64,000 nt of DNA from an uncultured Alphaproteobacteria bacterium. Its GTDB lineage: Bacteria; Pseudomonadota; Alphaproteobacteria; HIMB59; GCA-002718135. Below, piece after piece: positions 1-10,100 of this stretch (position 1 is its first letter; every line of letters starts with the position of its first letter). The notes under the pieces are model-generated. The model did not search any database. It worked only from the letters and a program-made list of their open reading frames with translations, and had not been told where the DNA came from. The position numbers and the translations under genes were made by a program. The stretch is from assembly GCA_902515745.1 (NCBI GenBank), contig CABXWB010000007.1:15478-79477 (forward strand), read 5' to 3'.

Positions 1-573
1 CTTGCATTTATCTCTCCAATAATAGTGACAATATTATCAATTTTTTATTTAAAAGAAAAAGTTGGAATTCATCGATGGGCTGCCGTTTTGATTGGGTTTT
101 TTGGTGTTATGATCATTATAAGACCAGGTTTTATAGAAATTAATTTCGCATCTTTCTCAGCTATTGCAGCAGGAATTTCTTACGCTTTTTACATAATTTA
201 TACTCGAAAATTATCTTTTACAGATAATGCTGTTGTTACTTTGCTTTTTACAGGTATCGTAGGTTGTATTTTTATTTCTCTCATTGTTCCTTTTTACTGG
301 ATAAATTTAGATTTAAGACAATTATTTTTACTCATCTCATTAGCTTCAATTGGAACTTTAGGACATTTTTTAATAATTCTTTCTTTAAGACTTGGAGAAG
401 CTTCTAAACTAGCTCCTTTGGGTTATTTTGAGATCTCCACAAATATACTTGTTGGATATGCCTTCTTCGGTGATTTGCCTGATATTTGGATTTATTTAGG
501 ATTATCTTTCATTGTTTTTAGCGGTATATATATTTTTATTAGAGAAAGAAAAGAGATTAAAAAAACTAATTAG
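1..573 (+). CDS. DMT/EamA family transporter (5' end outside window)
   Basis: Hydrophobic; LKEKVGIHRWAAVLIGFFGVMIIIRPG EamA signature; frame is open from position 1. Confidence 0.85.
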   Translation, partial: LAFISPIIVTILSIFYLKEKVGIHRWAAVLIGFFGVMIIIRPGFIEINFASFSAIAAGISYAFYIIYTRKLSFTDNAVVTLLFTGIVGCIFISLIVPFYWINLDLRQLFLLISLASIGTLGHFLIILSLRLGEASKLAPLGYFEISTNILVGYAFFGDLPDIWIYLGLSFIVFSGIYIFIRERKEIKKTN

Positions 574-1420
574 TTTTTCTAGTTGTTTGATAAATAAATA
601 TTGTAACAGATCCAAGCAATAGGGCTCCTCCTATAATTGTATTTAAAGGAGGTATTTCATTTATAACAAACCAAACCCAAGCAGTACCTAAAACACTTTC
701 TAATAAAAATATTAGAGCTACTTCGTGTGCTGGAGTAAATTTAGGAGAAATTGTCAAAATCATAAATGGTATCGGTAGTATTAATAAGCACATTATAAAA
801 AGAAATAAAATTTGATCATTATTTAAATTAAAGTTAATTCCAAAAGGTAGAGCGTAAAGAGCTGATATTAAACATCCTAATAAACACGCTGGTACCAAAT
901 CTTTATTTTTAAATAATCTAACAAGAACCATACTAAAACCCATTCCTATTGCTACAATTAGAGCCATAATATCTCCGTATAATCCTGTAGATGTAAAACT
1001 TCCTATTCCAATGATTATCATTGCAAGCATAGCAATTAAAATAACTATCCATGTAAAAAGACTTGGTATTTCTTTAAGTATAAAAACTGAAAATAATGCA
1101 GCAAATATTGGAGCTGATGCAATGAGAACCAATGTATTAGCTACAGCAGTATTTTGAATTGAATACACAAAACAAATATGAGTTATAGCATAGAGAATAG
1201 CATAGATTATACCTGGCACCCCAATTAGATAAAATGATTTAAGAAAAGATCTTTTGTAAGTATAAATAAGAAAAATTAATATTGTAACAATTGGTAGTGC
1301 GCTTCTATAAAATATTAAACTAAAATCATCTAAATTTACTAATCTAATAAATAAACTATCAGGACTAAGAATTAAAACCCCAACAAATGATAGTATAAGC
1401 CCCTTATTTCTTGTTTTCAT
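566..1420 (-). CDS. DMT/EamA family transporter
   Basis: About 10 TM helices; APIFAALFSVFILKE and LLESVLGTAWVW EamA-like repeats. Confidence 0.85.
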   Translation of the reverse strand: MKTRNKGLILSFVGVLILSPDSLFIRLVNLDDFSLIFYRSALPIVTILIFLIYTYKRSFLKSFYLIGVPGIIYAILYAITHICFVYSIQNTAVANTLVLIASAPIFAALFSVFILKEIPSLFTWIVILIAMLAMIIIGIGSFTSTGLYGDIMALIVAIGMGFSMVLVRLFKNKDLVPACLLGCLISALYALPFGINFNLNNDQILFLFIMCLLILPIPFMILTISPKFTPAHEVALIFLLESVLGTAWVWFVINEIPPLNTIIGGALLLGSVTIFIYQTTRKTN

Positions 1421-1488
1421 AAATATTTGAAAATAAATAGATTATTAATATATCTATCAGTATCGTTCTTTAAATCACACTTGTTTTT

Positions 1489-1895
1489 ATGAAAAAATTA
1501 CTTTTTTTATGTTTTATTTTTTTATCACTTAATACTTACGCCTTAGATTCAAATAAATTAATAAACCTTGAAAATTTTAATTTACTTTTTGATCTTCAAA
1601 AGAATGATTGGAATGAAAATGTTCTTTTCCTGATAAAAAAAAATTCATTTTCTAAAGTAGATAGTGACTCAGATGTATTTTATTTAAAATCAATATTTAA
1701 TGATGGCGAAATAATTACAATGCCATTTTTTTCTAAAGATGTTGTTGAAAAAATTAAATTTGAATATATTTTTTTAGAAATTAACAAAGAAAATTTAAAA
1801 TTTTAAATAATCATTTTCATTTGTTTAAAAATATTTGTTTTAAATACCTCAATAATGATAAGTCAATACAGGTAGTTATTTCAAAATGTAATTAA
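1489..1895 (+). pseudogene. Secreted hypothetical protein with a probable frameshift near 1800 (pseudogene or sequencing error)
   Basis: Signal peptide MKKLLFLCFIFLSLNTYA; ORF stops at 1806, but an alternative frame stays open from 1803 to TAA at 1895, overlapping the convergent stop. Confidence 0.5.
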
Positions 1896-2800
1896 TTGAA
1901 AATCATTGATGTAGCTTTAAAAATTAAACTATGTCTTTTAGCTAACTCAAACTTATCATCTGAATACCCACCTCCTATTACTGTAGCAATAGGGATTGAT
2001 TTATTTTTAAAAAATTCTAGCACTGTAAGTTCTCTTTTTAAAAGACCTTCTGTTGTTATTTGTAAATTTCCTAATTTATCATTTTTATGAATATCAACTC
2101 CTGTATCAAAAATTACTAATTCAGGATTAAAATTTTTTAAACAACTATTAAGTGTTTGATTTAATATTTCTAAATACTCATCATCTTCTGTATTATTATC
2201 TAATTCAACATCCATATCACTTATTGATTTTCTAAAAGGAAAGTTATTTTTACAATGAATAGAACATGTAAATATTTTATCATTACTCTTAAGGATTGAA
2301 GCTGTACCATCACCTTGATGTACATCAGTGTCAAAAATTAATATTTTTTTTACTTGATGCGTTCTTATTAAATGTAATGACGCATAAGCCAAATCGTTAA
2401 AAACACAATATCCTGAACCAAAATCTCTATGACTATGGTGTGTACCACCAGCTAAATGATTTGCTATACCATTCTTAATCGCCTCTTTGCATGTTAATAG
2501 AGTTCCATTAACTGCTAAAAAGGAACGATTAGAAAGTGTTTCTGACCATTTAAAACCCAATCTTCTTATTTCCTTATCGGATAAAGTGCCATTTTTAATT
2601 TTTAATACGTAATCTAAATCATGGCATATAGAAACCTCTTCAACACTTGCTTTTTGAGGACTTTGAATGTTTGCACGATGATGAAAATCTGAAATTTTTA
2701 ATTCATTATACAAATCTGAAAACTTACTAGCAGTAAATTTATGATTTTCAGGCAGAGGAATGTCATAATCTTCATGTGTTACCCAACTGATTTTTTTCAT
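1892..2800 (-). CDS. Histone deacetylase family (class IV/HDAC11-like) Zn-dependent deacylase
   Basis: GGTHH, GYCVFND, DTDVHQGDGT, GVD and GGGY motifs. Confidence 0.9.
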   Translation of the reverse strand: MKKISWVTHEDYDIPLPENHKFTASKFSDLYNELKISDFHHRANIQSPQKASVEEVSICHDLDYVLKIKNGTLSDKEIRRLGFKWSETLSNRSFLAVNGTLLTCKEAIKNGIANHLAGGTHHSHRDFGSGYCVFNDLAYASLHLIRTHQVKKILIFDTDVHQGDGTASILKSNDKIFTCSIHCKNNFPFRKSISDMDVELDNNTEDDEYLEILNQTLNSCLKNFNPELVIFDTGVDIHKNDKLGNLQITTEGLLKRELTVLEFFKNKSIPIATVIGGGYSDDKFELAKRHSLIFKATSMIFN

Positions 2801-2854
2801 AAATTTGCCTCTTTTTAACTCAATTTATGCCTAAATTAATTTGTACATAGATTA

Positions 2855-2923
2855 TGTGGCACTAATCTACCAATATATATTTAGTGAGTAAATGTATTCT
2901 ATCCATAAAGAATTAGTGTCACA
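2855..2923. repeat. Intergenic element with terminal inverted repeats, copy A
   Basis: TGTGGCACTAAT (2855-2866) / ATTAGTGTCACA (2912-2923); related to 5941-6020. Confidence 0.6.
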
Positions 2924-3032
2924 ACCAATATGGAATTTGTTTTAATATTTGATTTATTAATTATTTGTTTAATTGGTTTATTTATTGTCAATTTTTATTG
3001 AATAAATAACCAATTTAAATAATATTTTAAGA

Positions 3033-3812
3033 ATGAATGATTTTTATGATCTAAATGGTTATTTTTCACCATTAAAAATTTACAATTTAAATGATGCAAA
3101 TTTTTTTAGAAGTAAATTAGAAGATTCAGAAAAAAAACTAGGTAAACTTCATTATATTGTGAAAACTTATACAATAATTAAATGGGTTTATGAAATAGCA
3201 ACTAATAAAATATTGCTTGATTTTGTTGAAGAAATTATAGGTAAAAATATATTATTATATAATGCAACTTTTATAATAAAAGAGCCAAACACAAAAACAC
3301 ACGTAAGTTGGCATCAAGATCTTACCTATTGGGGCTTTGATAATAATGAAAAACAAGTAAGCGCATGGTTAGCTTTATCCAAAGCTAATGATCAAAGTGG
3401 TTGTATGCAAATGATTCCAGGCTCCCATAAAAATGGATTTTTTGAACATCATTCAACTGAAGATAAAAATAATGTTTTATCTAGAGGTCAAACTGTAAAA
3501 GATATTGATATAAATAAAGCAGTATCATGTCCGTTAGAACCCGGTGAAGTTTCTTTTCATCATGGTCTAACATTACACGCATCTCAACCTAATTTTAGTA
3601 ATGACAGAAGAATAGGTTTAAATTTTCAATTTATTTCTACTGATATGAAACAATTAAAAAGCAAAAATGATAGTGCTATTTGTATAAGAGGAGAAGATAA
3701 GCATAAAAATTTTAAGACAGATAAGGTAGCAAAAGATGACTTTGATCATGAAGCTTATCAACATCTGCTTGAACTGAATGATCATTATAATGAAACAATA
3801 AGAAAAAACTAA
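3033..3812 (+). CDS. PhyH-family Fe(II)/2-oxoglutarate dioxygenase
   Basis: WHQD...GCMQMIPGSH...TLHAS...DRRIG motifs. Confidence 0.9.
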   Translation: MNDFYDLNGYFSPLKIYNLNDANFFRSKLEDSEKKLGKLHYIVKTYTIIKWVYEIATNKILLDFVEEIIGKNILLYNATFIIKEPNTKTHVSWHQDLTYWGFDNNEKQVSAWLALSKANDQSGCMQMIPGSHKNGFFEHHSTEDKNNVLSRGQTVKDIDINKAVSCPLEPGEVSFHHGLTLHASQPNFSNDRRIGLNFQFISTDMKQLKSKNDSAICIRGEDKHKNFKTDKVAKDDFDHEAYQHLLELNDHYNETIRKN

Positions 3813-3857
3813 TTTTTATTTACGAACTTTAAAAAAAAATTAATTTATAAATAAATA

Positions 3858-3888
3858 TAATGATGGGTTATTACAAAACCCATCATTA
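3858..3888. terminator. Hairpin, probable terminator between convergent genes
   Basis: TAATGATGGGTT / AACCCATCATTA 12-bp inverted repeat. Confidence 0.65.
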
Positions 3889-3894
3889 AGACTA

Positions 3895-4257
3895 TTATTT
3901 TTTCCAAGGTCCAAAATCTTTTTGATCAGATGTAAATTCGTAAGATTGAAACTCTTTATCTCCTACAATCCAACCATCATGACCAGGTGCTAAATAATAA
4001 GCATCACCAGCTTTAAAAGTTTCTTCATTACCATCATCATGCTTTACTTTCATTTCACCTTTTATAACAACACCAACATGCCCAGCCTGACAACTTTCAG
4101 TACCTACTAGCGGTTTAATACAAGAACTCCAACTCCATCCTGGTTGTAAAGTAACCTGACTCATTGATACATTACCCAAGGTCACGGTTGAAGAATGAAC
4201 TTTATCTGGTGTTTTAATTTCTCCTTCAGAAAAAGATTTTCTCATTATGTTTGACAT
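3895..4257 (-). CDS. Cupin-domain protein
   Basis: LQPGWSWS...CQAGHVG...PGHDGWIVG small cupin family pattern; AGGAG RBS. Confidence 0.85.
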   Translation of the reverse strand: MSNIMRKSFSEGEIKTPDKVHSSTVTLGNVSMSQVTLQPGWSWSSCIKPLVGTESCQAGHVGVVIKGEMKVKHDDGNEETFKAGDAYYLAPGHDGWIVGDKEFQSYEFTSDQKDFGPWKK

Positions 4258-4312
4258 ACCAAATCTCCTACATTGTGTTAATAAACAAATAAATTAAACT
4301 ATTTTAATATTT

Positions 4313-5500
4313 ATGAAACTGTCAATTAATAATAATAACCCAATAGCTTTGTTAATTTTATCTTCAATAGCTATGCCTATTGCTTTTAGTACTTGGATGG
4401 TTTTATTAAATAATTTCTCAGTTGAAAGAGCAAGTTTTACTGGAGTCGAAATTGGAATACTTCAAAGTATCAGAGAGATACCTGGCTTCCTAGCATTTAC
4501 TATTATTTTTTTACTATTCTATTTTAAAGAACAATATTTTGCCATTTTTTCTTTAGCCTTAACTGGTTTTGGTGTTGCAATTACAGGTTTCTTACCAACT
4601 GTTTATGGTTTGTATTTTACAACAATTATTATGAGTACTGGCTTTCATTATTGTGAAACAGCAAAAAATTCTTTGAGTTTGCAATGGCTTTCAAAAGAGG
4701 AGGCTCCACCTGTTTTGGGAAAGTTAATAGCTGTTAGCTCAATTACGTCCTTATTTTTGTATTGTATTATTTGGAGTTTATTAGAAATCTTTAATTTAGA
4801 TTATAAGTTTATATTTTTAATTACAGGATTGATTTGTATTCTTATTTCCATACACCTTTTTATCTCATTTCCTTTTTTTGAAATCAAAAATAAGCAACAT
4901 AAAAAAATAATTCTTAAAAAAGAATATTCTCTTTACTATATATTAATTTTTTTATCGGGTGCTAGAAGACAAATTTTTGTAGTTTTTGCAGCTTTTTTAA
5001 TGGTTGAAAAATTCGGATATTCGGCATCGCAGGTTACTTTACTGTTTTTGGTTAATTATATTTTTAATTGGTTTTTTGCAGAACGAATTGGAAAGTTAAT
5101 AAATATTTTTGGTGAGAAAAAATGTCTTATATTTGAATACATTGGACTCGTAATTGTTTTTACATCTTATGCATTCGTGACTAATGCTTATGTTGCAGCA
5201 GGTTTATATATTATTGATCATATGTTTTTTGCATTAGCTATTGCAATTAATACATATTTTCAAAAAATTGCTGATCCAAAAGATATTGCAAGTACTGCAG
5301 GTGTTTCATTTACTATCAATCATATAGCTGCAGTATTTATTCCAGTAATATTAGGTTTTGTTTGGATTAATTCTCATTCAATAGTTTTTTTAATAGGTTC
5401 TTTATTCGCTCTTCTATCTTTAATCGCGTCATTTTTTATACCTAATAATTTATCAAAGATTATTTTAGATCAAAGTAATTTAAATAAAGTCAAAGTATAA
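4313..5500 (+). CDS. MFS transporter
   Basis: About 12 TM helices; QSIREIPGFLAF, GARRQIFVVFA and FTINHIAAV family motifs. Confidence 0.85.
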   Translation: MKLSINNNNPIALLILSSIAMPIAFSTWMVLLNNFSVERASFTGVEIGILQSIREIPGFLAFTIIFLLFYFKEQYFAIFSLALTGFGVAITGFLPTVYGLYFTTIIMSTGFHYCETAKNSLSLQWLSKEEAPPVLGKLIAVSSITSLFLYCIIWSLLEIFNLDYKFIFLITGLICILISIHLFISFPFFEIKNKQHKKIILKKEYSLYYILIFLSGARRQIFVVFAAFLMVEKFGYSASQVTLLFLVNYIFNWFFAERIGKLINIFGEKKCLIFEYIGLVIVFTSYAFVTNAYVAAGLYIIDHMFFALAIAINTYFQKIADPKDIASTAGVSFTINHIAAVFIPVILGFVWINSHSIVFLIGSLFALLSLIASFFIPNNLSKIILDQSNLNKVKV

Positions 5501-5501
5501 T

Positions 5502-5921
5502 TTACTCACCTATATAGCTTAGAATTATCTTTCTTTTGTATTTGCTGTACCTATGCTCAATTAGATATATCCCTTGCCAAATACCTAATTGCATTTCCTT
5601 ATTATATATAGGAATTGTTAATGAAGTTTGAGTTAGCATAGATTTTATATGTGCAGGCATATCATCATCTCCTTCATAACCGTGTTTATATAATGAAGAA
5701 TCTTCAGGAACTATTTTTTGAAAAAAAGAATTAATATCCTCTAAAACATCAGGGCTAGCATTTTCCATTATTGTTAAAGAAGCAGATGTATGTTGTATAA
5801 ATAAATTTAGCTGACCTTTAATAATATTATTTTTTACAATCCAGTCATAAACTTTTTTTGTAATTTCATACATTCCCTGTCCATTATTAGAAATTATCAA
5901 TTCATCTTGTAAATTTATCAT
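5502..5921 (-). CDS. yjbQ: YjbQ/UPF0047 family protein
   Basis: HTSASL, DDMPAHIKS and LGIWQGIYLIEHR motifs. Confidence 0.9.
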   Translation of the reverse strand: MINLQDELIISNNGQGMYEITKKVYDWIVKNNIIKGQLNLFIQHTSASLTIMENASPDVLEDINSFFQKIVPEDSSLYKHGYEGDDDMPAHIKSMLTQTSLTIPIYNKEMQLGIWQGIYLIEHRYSKYKRKIILSYIGE

Positions 5922-5940
5922 TTTCTAATCTTAAAATGAA

Positions 5941-6020
5941 GTTGTGGCACCTACAAGGAGAATTATAATGAAAATTAATGTTATGAAAAAAAGAACTATT
6001 CTTTTGATAAGTGCCACAAC
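5941..6020. repeat. Intergenic element with terminal inverted repeats, copy B
   Basis: Perfect GTTGTGGCAC (5941-5950) / GTGCCACAAC (6011-6020). Confidence 0.65.
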
Positions 6021-6112
6021 GTTAAAATATAATCAAATTTTGTTTTAATAGAGATATAAATAAGGAAAAATTGTGTTATGATTATCTAATTCTTTTTAGT
6101 TAGGCATATTAT

Positions 6113-7003
6113 TTGTTAAACAATAATCAATTCGCAATTTTTTTAATTATTATATCAATTATTTTTGGTACTCTAATGGGTACATTTATAAAATTAGCTC
6201 AAGAAGAATTAAATGTATTTACAACTGGTTTTTTACGATTTTTCTTTGGTTTTCTAATCATTACTCCTTACATTCTAAAAACAAAATTTGAAGTATTTAG
6301 TACAAAAAATTTTAAAATTCATATTTTACGATCAGCACTAAACTTACCTGCAATGTTACTTGGTTTTGCAGCTTTAGCTATGCTTCCATTAGAGAAAATG
6401 ACAGCCATTCATTTTATAGTTCCTATAATTGTTACAATCTTAGCTGTGATATTTTTAAAAGAAAAAATTTATTTATATAGGTCAATTGCATTAGTGATGG
6501 GATTTCTAGGAATGTTAATAATATTGAGACCCGGTATAATAGATATTTCTATTGGAATATATATGGCGCTTATTTCATCGCTAATTTGGTCAGTAGTTAT
6601 AATTTTAACTAAAAAAGTATCTAAGGATGATAGTGCTATAACAATATTATCACACCAGTATGTTTATATGAGTCTTTTTTCATTTCCATTAGTTATATAT
6701 TTTTGGGATCAACCAAACTTAAAAACAATTATTTTTATATTATGTGCTGCAATATCAGGAACGATCTTACATATTGCATTAAATCATGCATATAAATTAG
6801 TTGATGTAACTATGACTCAACCTTATTCATTTTTAGGCTTAATAGTTTCATCAATAATTGGGTATTTTGTCTTTAGTGATAAACCTGATTTTTATACCTG
6901 GTTAGGTGCCTCTGTAATTTTTTGTGGTGTACTTCTAATTTCTTACAGAGAACTTCAATTAAATAAAGAAATTACAAGAAAGAGATTAAATATTAATTCA
7001 TAA
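6113..7003 (+). CDS. DMT/EamA family transporter
   Basis: About 10 TM helices; FLKEKI...GFLGMLIILRPG. Confidence 0.85.
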   Translation: MLNNNQFAIFLIIISIIFGTLMGTFIKLAQEELNVFTTGFLRFFFGFLIITPYILKTKFEVFSTKNFKIHILRSALNLPAMLLGFAALAMLPLEKMTAIHFIVPIIVTILAVIFLKEKIYLYRSIALVMGFLGMLIILRPGIIDISIGIYMALISSLIWSVVIILTKKVSKDDSAITILSHQYVYMSLFSFPLVIYFWDQPNLKTIIFILCAAISGTILHIALNHAYKLVDVTMTQPYSFLGLIVSSIIGYFVFSDKPDFYTWLGASVIFCGVLLISYRELQLNKEITRKRLNINS

Positions 7004-7045
7004 TATTAATATTTAACATCGTTAGATTATGTGTATTATTAGTAA

Positions 7046-8293
7046 ATGCAAAATAATTATTTTTATAAATGGATAGATAGTAATAAAGATGATGAAATAA
7101 ATAGTTTCAAAGAATGTATTGATTCATACATTTATTTTAAGAAAGATGCTTTTTATAAAACTAACAAATTAATTAAAAAAAAACCAGAATTTAATGCTCC
7201 AAAATTATTAAAAATAGTTTTATTGCTTTTCTCTAGAGATGTACAAAAAATTTCATTGGCTAGAGAAACATTTAAATCGATTTCTACTGATAAAGTAAAT
7301 GATTATTTTCATCAATATTTAGAGATAGTAAATCTCTGGATTAAAAATGATTTAAAAAATTTATTAAATAAATTGGAATTAATTATAAAAGATAATCCCA
7401 AAGATATTTTTGCAATCAGATTATTTCATTTTAATAATATTTTCTTAGGTATTGATAGTAAATTTTTAAATAAACATGAGGAAATACTAAGTCAGTGGTC
7501 TGAAAATGATCAACATTATAATTTATTATTAGGGATGACTAGCTATGCTTTTGAGGAAAATAATATAATTGATAAAGCTAAGCTTTTAGCCTTAAATTCA
7601 CTAAATCAATCATCCAATGATTTGTGGAGTTGGCACGCCCTTTTGCATGTACACGATAATGAGAATAACGACTCAATTAATAACAATGATAATTTCAATA
7701 AAATTAATTGGTCAATTTACGGGCCAATAAAGAGACATATATGGTGGCACCAATCATTAATATTATTCTACAATCAAGAATATGAGAAAAGTTTAAAACT
7801 ATTTGATAATTATTTCTCTTCTTCAGAAATTTTTTATTTAGATTTTTGTAATGCTTGTTCTTTTTTATTAAGACTTCATTACAAGGGAGTAGATGTTAGA
7901 GAAAGAATGGATAAATTAAGTGATTATGCTGAATATTTTAAAAATCAACACATACTTCCATTCATTGATTATCATCTTATTTTTTATTACTTATACTATA
8001 ATGACCAAGATTATTTTCAACAACTTGAAGAAAGAATGGAAGAAAATTATTTAGAAAATTCTTTTAAAGAAAATTATATTAATTACTTAAAGCCAATTAT
8101 TAACAATATGAAATCAAATGAATTATTAAACGAAAATATAATTAAATCACAATTTAAATACCTAGGAGGTAGTTTTGCTCAACGAGAACTTATTTTTTTA
8201 AGTTTAATCCAAAATACAAAATATGAAAAAAATAAATCGGATTTAATATCAGAATATAATGATTATAAATCAGTATCAAAATTATATGTATAA
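7046..8293 (+). CDS. TPR-like protein, TTC38 family
   Basis: GMTSYAFEE, DLWSWHALLHV, HIWWH and LGGSFAQRE resemble TTC38 motifs. Confidence 0.7.
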   Translation: MQNNYFYKWIDSNKDDEINSFKECIDSYIYFKKDAFYKTNKLIKKKPEFNAPKLLKIVLLLFSRDVQKISLARETFKSISTDKVNDYFHQYLEIVNLWIKNDLKNLLNKLELIIKDNPKDIFAIRLFHFNNIFLGIDSKFLNKHEEILSQWSENDQHYNLLLGMTSYAFEENNIIDKAKLLALNSLNQSSNDLWSWHALLHVHDNENNDSINNNDNFNKINWSIYGPIKRHIWWHQSLILFYNQEYEKSLKLFDNYFSSSEIFYLDFCNACSFLLRLHYKGVDVRERMDKLSDYAEYFKNQHILPFIDYHLIFYYLYYNDQDYFQQLEERMEENYLENSFKENYINYLKPIINNMKSNELLNENIIKSQFKYLGGSFAQRELIFLSLIQNTKYEKNKSDLISEYNDYKSVSKLYV

Positions 8294-10100
8294 CTCTCAA
8301 TTATTAGAAGAAAAATTTATAAAAAATTCAAATAATAATTTTACCTTATTAAAAGATAATCTTTTTTTTCGAAATATAACTTTTCAAAACTTTCAAATTT
8401 TAAAGATGATATCATTTTTGGTAAGAGACAAAAATTGGAATAACTATGATCCTAAAATTCTAAATTATAAAGAGAACTTTGATACATCCTTAGAATATAT
8501 ATTCGATTTAGAATATGGTATAGATGAAATTCTTAAAACAAGAAATGTTATATTATTTTCTCAAAATTCTATAACTCTATCCTCTGAAGGAGAATTTTTA
8601 ACTGATTTTTGGACTAATAGAATAGGCTTTAATTTATTAATTCCATTACAAAATCATGTTGGTTCAAACATCATTGTAACAAAAGGGAACGACTTAAAAG
8701 AGAAAAAAAAATTTCCAGAAAATATAACACCCGACCAACCATTTTTTAAATTTAAAAATCTTACTTACACTTTAGACGATAGTTTGTTAGTGGATATAAA
8801 TTTTCAAGGTATTTTATTTGAGATGGAAGATCAAAGAAATTGGGGTGACGCTTCTTTCAAAATATATAGTGGCTCTTTATTAGATCCTTTTCCATACGTA
8901 GAAAAAGGGGGCACGAATTTCTCTCAAACTGTTAAAATAGATATAGTAAATAAAAAAGAAAGATCATTCCCACCTAAGAATATTCTAAAAATTGATCATA
9001 CTACTGCTTATAAGTTTCCTAAAATTGGTATAAAAATTGATTCTCTAATTATTCCAAATGATAATTTAATAAATAACTTTGATTATTATTACTATCTTAT
9101 TGATTTTACTGAAGATTTTAGCAATGTAACTTCAAGATCTCAAAACAAGGTGTTTCTTATAGCTTTGGTTGATCATGCCAATGAACCTGTTGATGAGTTA
9201 ACAAAAATTCATAATTTTATTGCTGAAAATACTATTAATTTAGATAAAATTTTAATTTGTCCAAAAATATATTTGAATAGTTTTCAACCAGCTGGTGTAT
9301 GGCCTGAAGTTCCGGAATTAAATGAATACTATAAAATTGCGAAAAAAATGTTTTCTAATTGCCAAATTGTTTCTGGAATGGTCACTAATTTTACAGAATT
9401 AAATAGAAAGAGGCCAAAAATGTTTTATGATTTGGTTAGTTTTTCCTTCACTCCAATTGTTCATGATTCTAGTGATTTTGGTGTGTTAAATACACCTGAA
9501 ACTATACCTTATATCCTTAAAACTTTAAAAAATTTTTCTAAAAATGCCGATGTTCATATTGGTCCAATTTCTATTGGTATGCATTTCAATCCGTATGGTG
9601 AAAATCTTGTAAGTAATAAAAAGAAAATAAGATTAGAAATGGCTGATAGCGATCCAAGGCATGATCAATTATTTTCACTAACTTGGACACTGGCAATTTT
9701 TACTCAATCAATAAATAAAGAATCAAAATTTTTTACTTTTAATTCTATTTATGGGAATCACGGAATATTAAATAAAGATAATACCAAGCGACCATTATAT
9801 CATTTAAATAATTTTCTTGTATCATTATCAAATTCAGAAATTTTTAAATTTAATCCAATTAACGAGGTGTATGGATTAAAAATCGTACAAAATGATAAAA
9901 ATTATTATTTATTTGTAAATTGCTCAAAACAAAAAAAGGAAATTAATATTCCTGAATTAAATTTTACTCATCAATTTAAACTTAATTTAAAAAATTATAC
10001 TGATATTTTTAATAATGATTTTTCTTTTTTTAACTTTAAAAAAGATACAAATCCATATGAGTTTGAGCCATTAGAAATTAAATTTATAGAAGATAAATGA
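8286..10100 (+). CDS. apnL: D-apionate lactonase-like protein
   Basis: VRDKNW, TNRIGFNLLIP, FEMEDQRNWGDASFKIY and FTELNRKRP motifs recalled for the ApnL family; start moved to ATG 8286, overlapping the upstream stop. Confidence 0.7.
   Translation: MYNSQLLEEKFIKNSNNNFTLLKDNLFFRNITFQNFQILKMISFLVRDKNWNNYDPKILNYKENFDTSLEYIFDLEYGIDEILKTRNVILFSQNSITLSSEGEFLTDFWTNRIGFNLLIPLQNHVGSNIIVTKGNDLKEKKKFPENITPDQPFFKFKNLTYTLDDSLLVDINFQGILFEMEDQRNWGDASFKIYSGSLLDPFPYVEKGGTNFSQTVKIDIVNKKERSFPPKNILKIDHTTAYKFPKIGIKIDSLIIPNDNLINNFDYYYYLIDFTEDFSNVTSRSQNKVFLIALVDHANEPVDELTKIHNFIAENTINLDKILICPKIYLNSFQPAGVWPEVPELNEYYKIAKKMFSNCQIVSGMVTNFTELNRKRPKMFYDLVSFSFTPIVHDSSDFGVLNTPETIPYILKTLKNFSKNADVHIGPISIGMHFNPYGENLVSNKKKIRLEMADSDPRHDQLFSLTWTLAIFTQSINKESKFFTFNSIYGNHGILNKDNTKRPLYHLNNFLVSLSNSEIFKFNPINEVYGLKIVQNDKNYYLFVNCSKQKKEINIPELNFTHQFKLNLKNYTDIFNNDFSFFNFKKDTNPYEFEPLEIKFIEDK

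Noticed and set aside
2857-5950. TGGCAC as sigma54 -24 elements
   Set aside because: No TTGC at the -12 position in either copy, and the motif is part of an inverted repeat.
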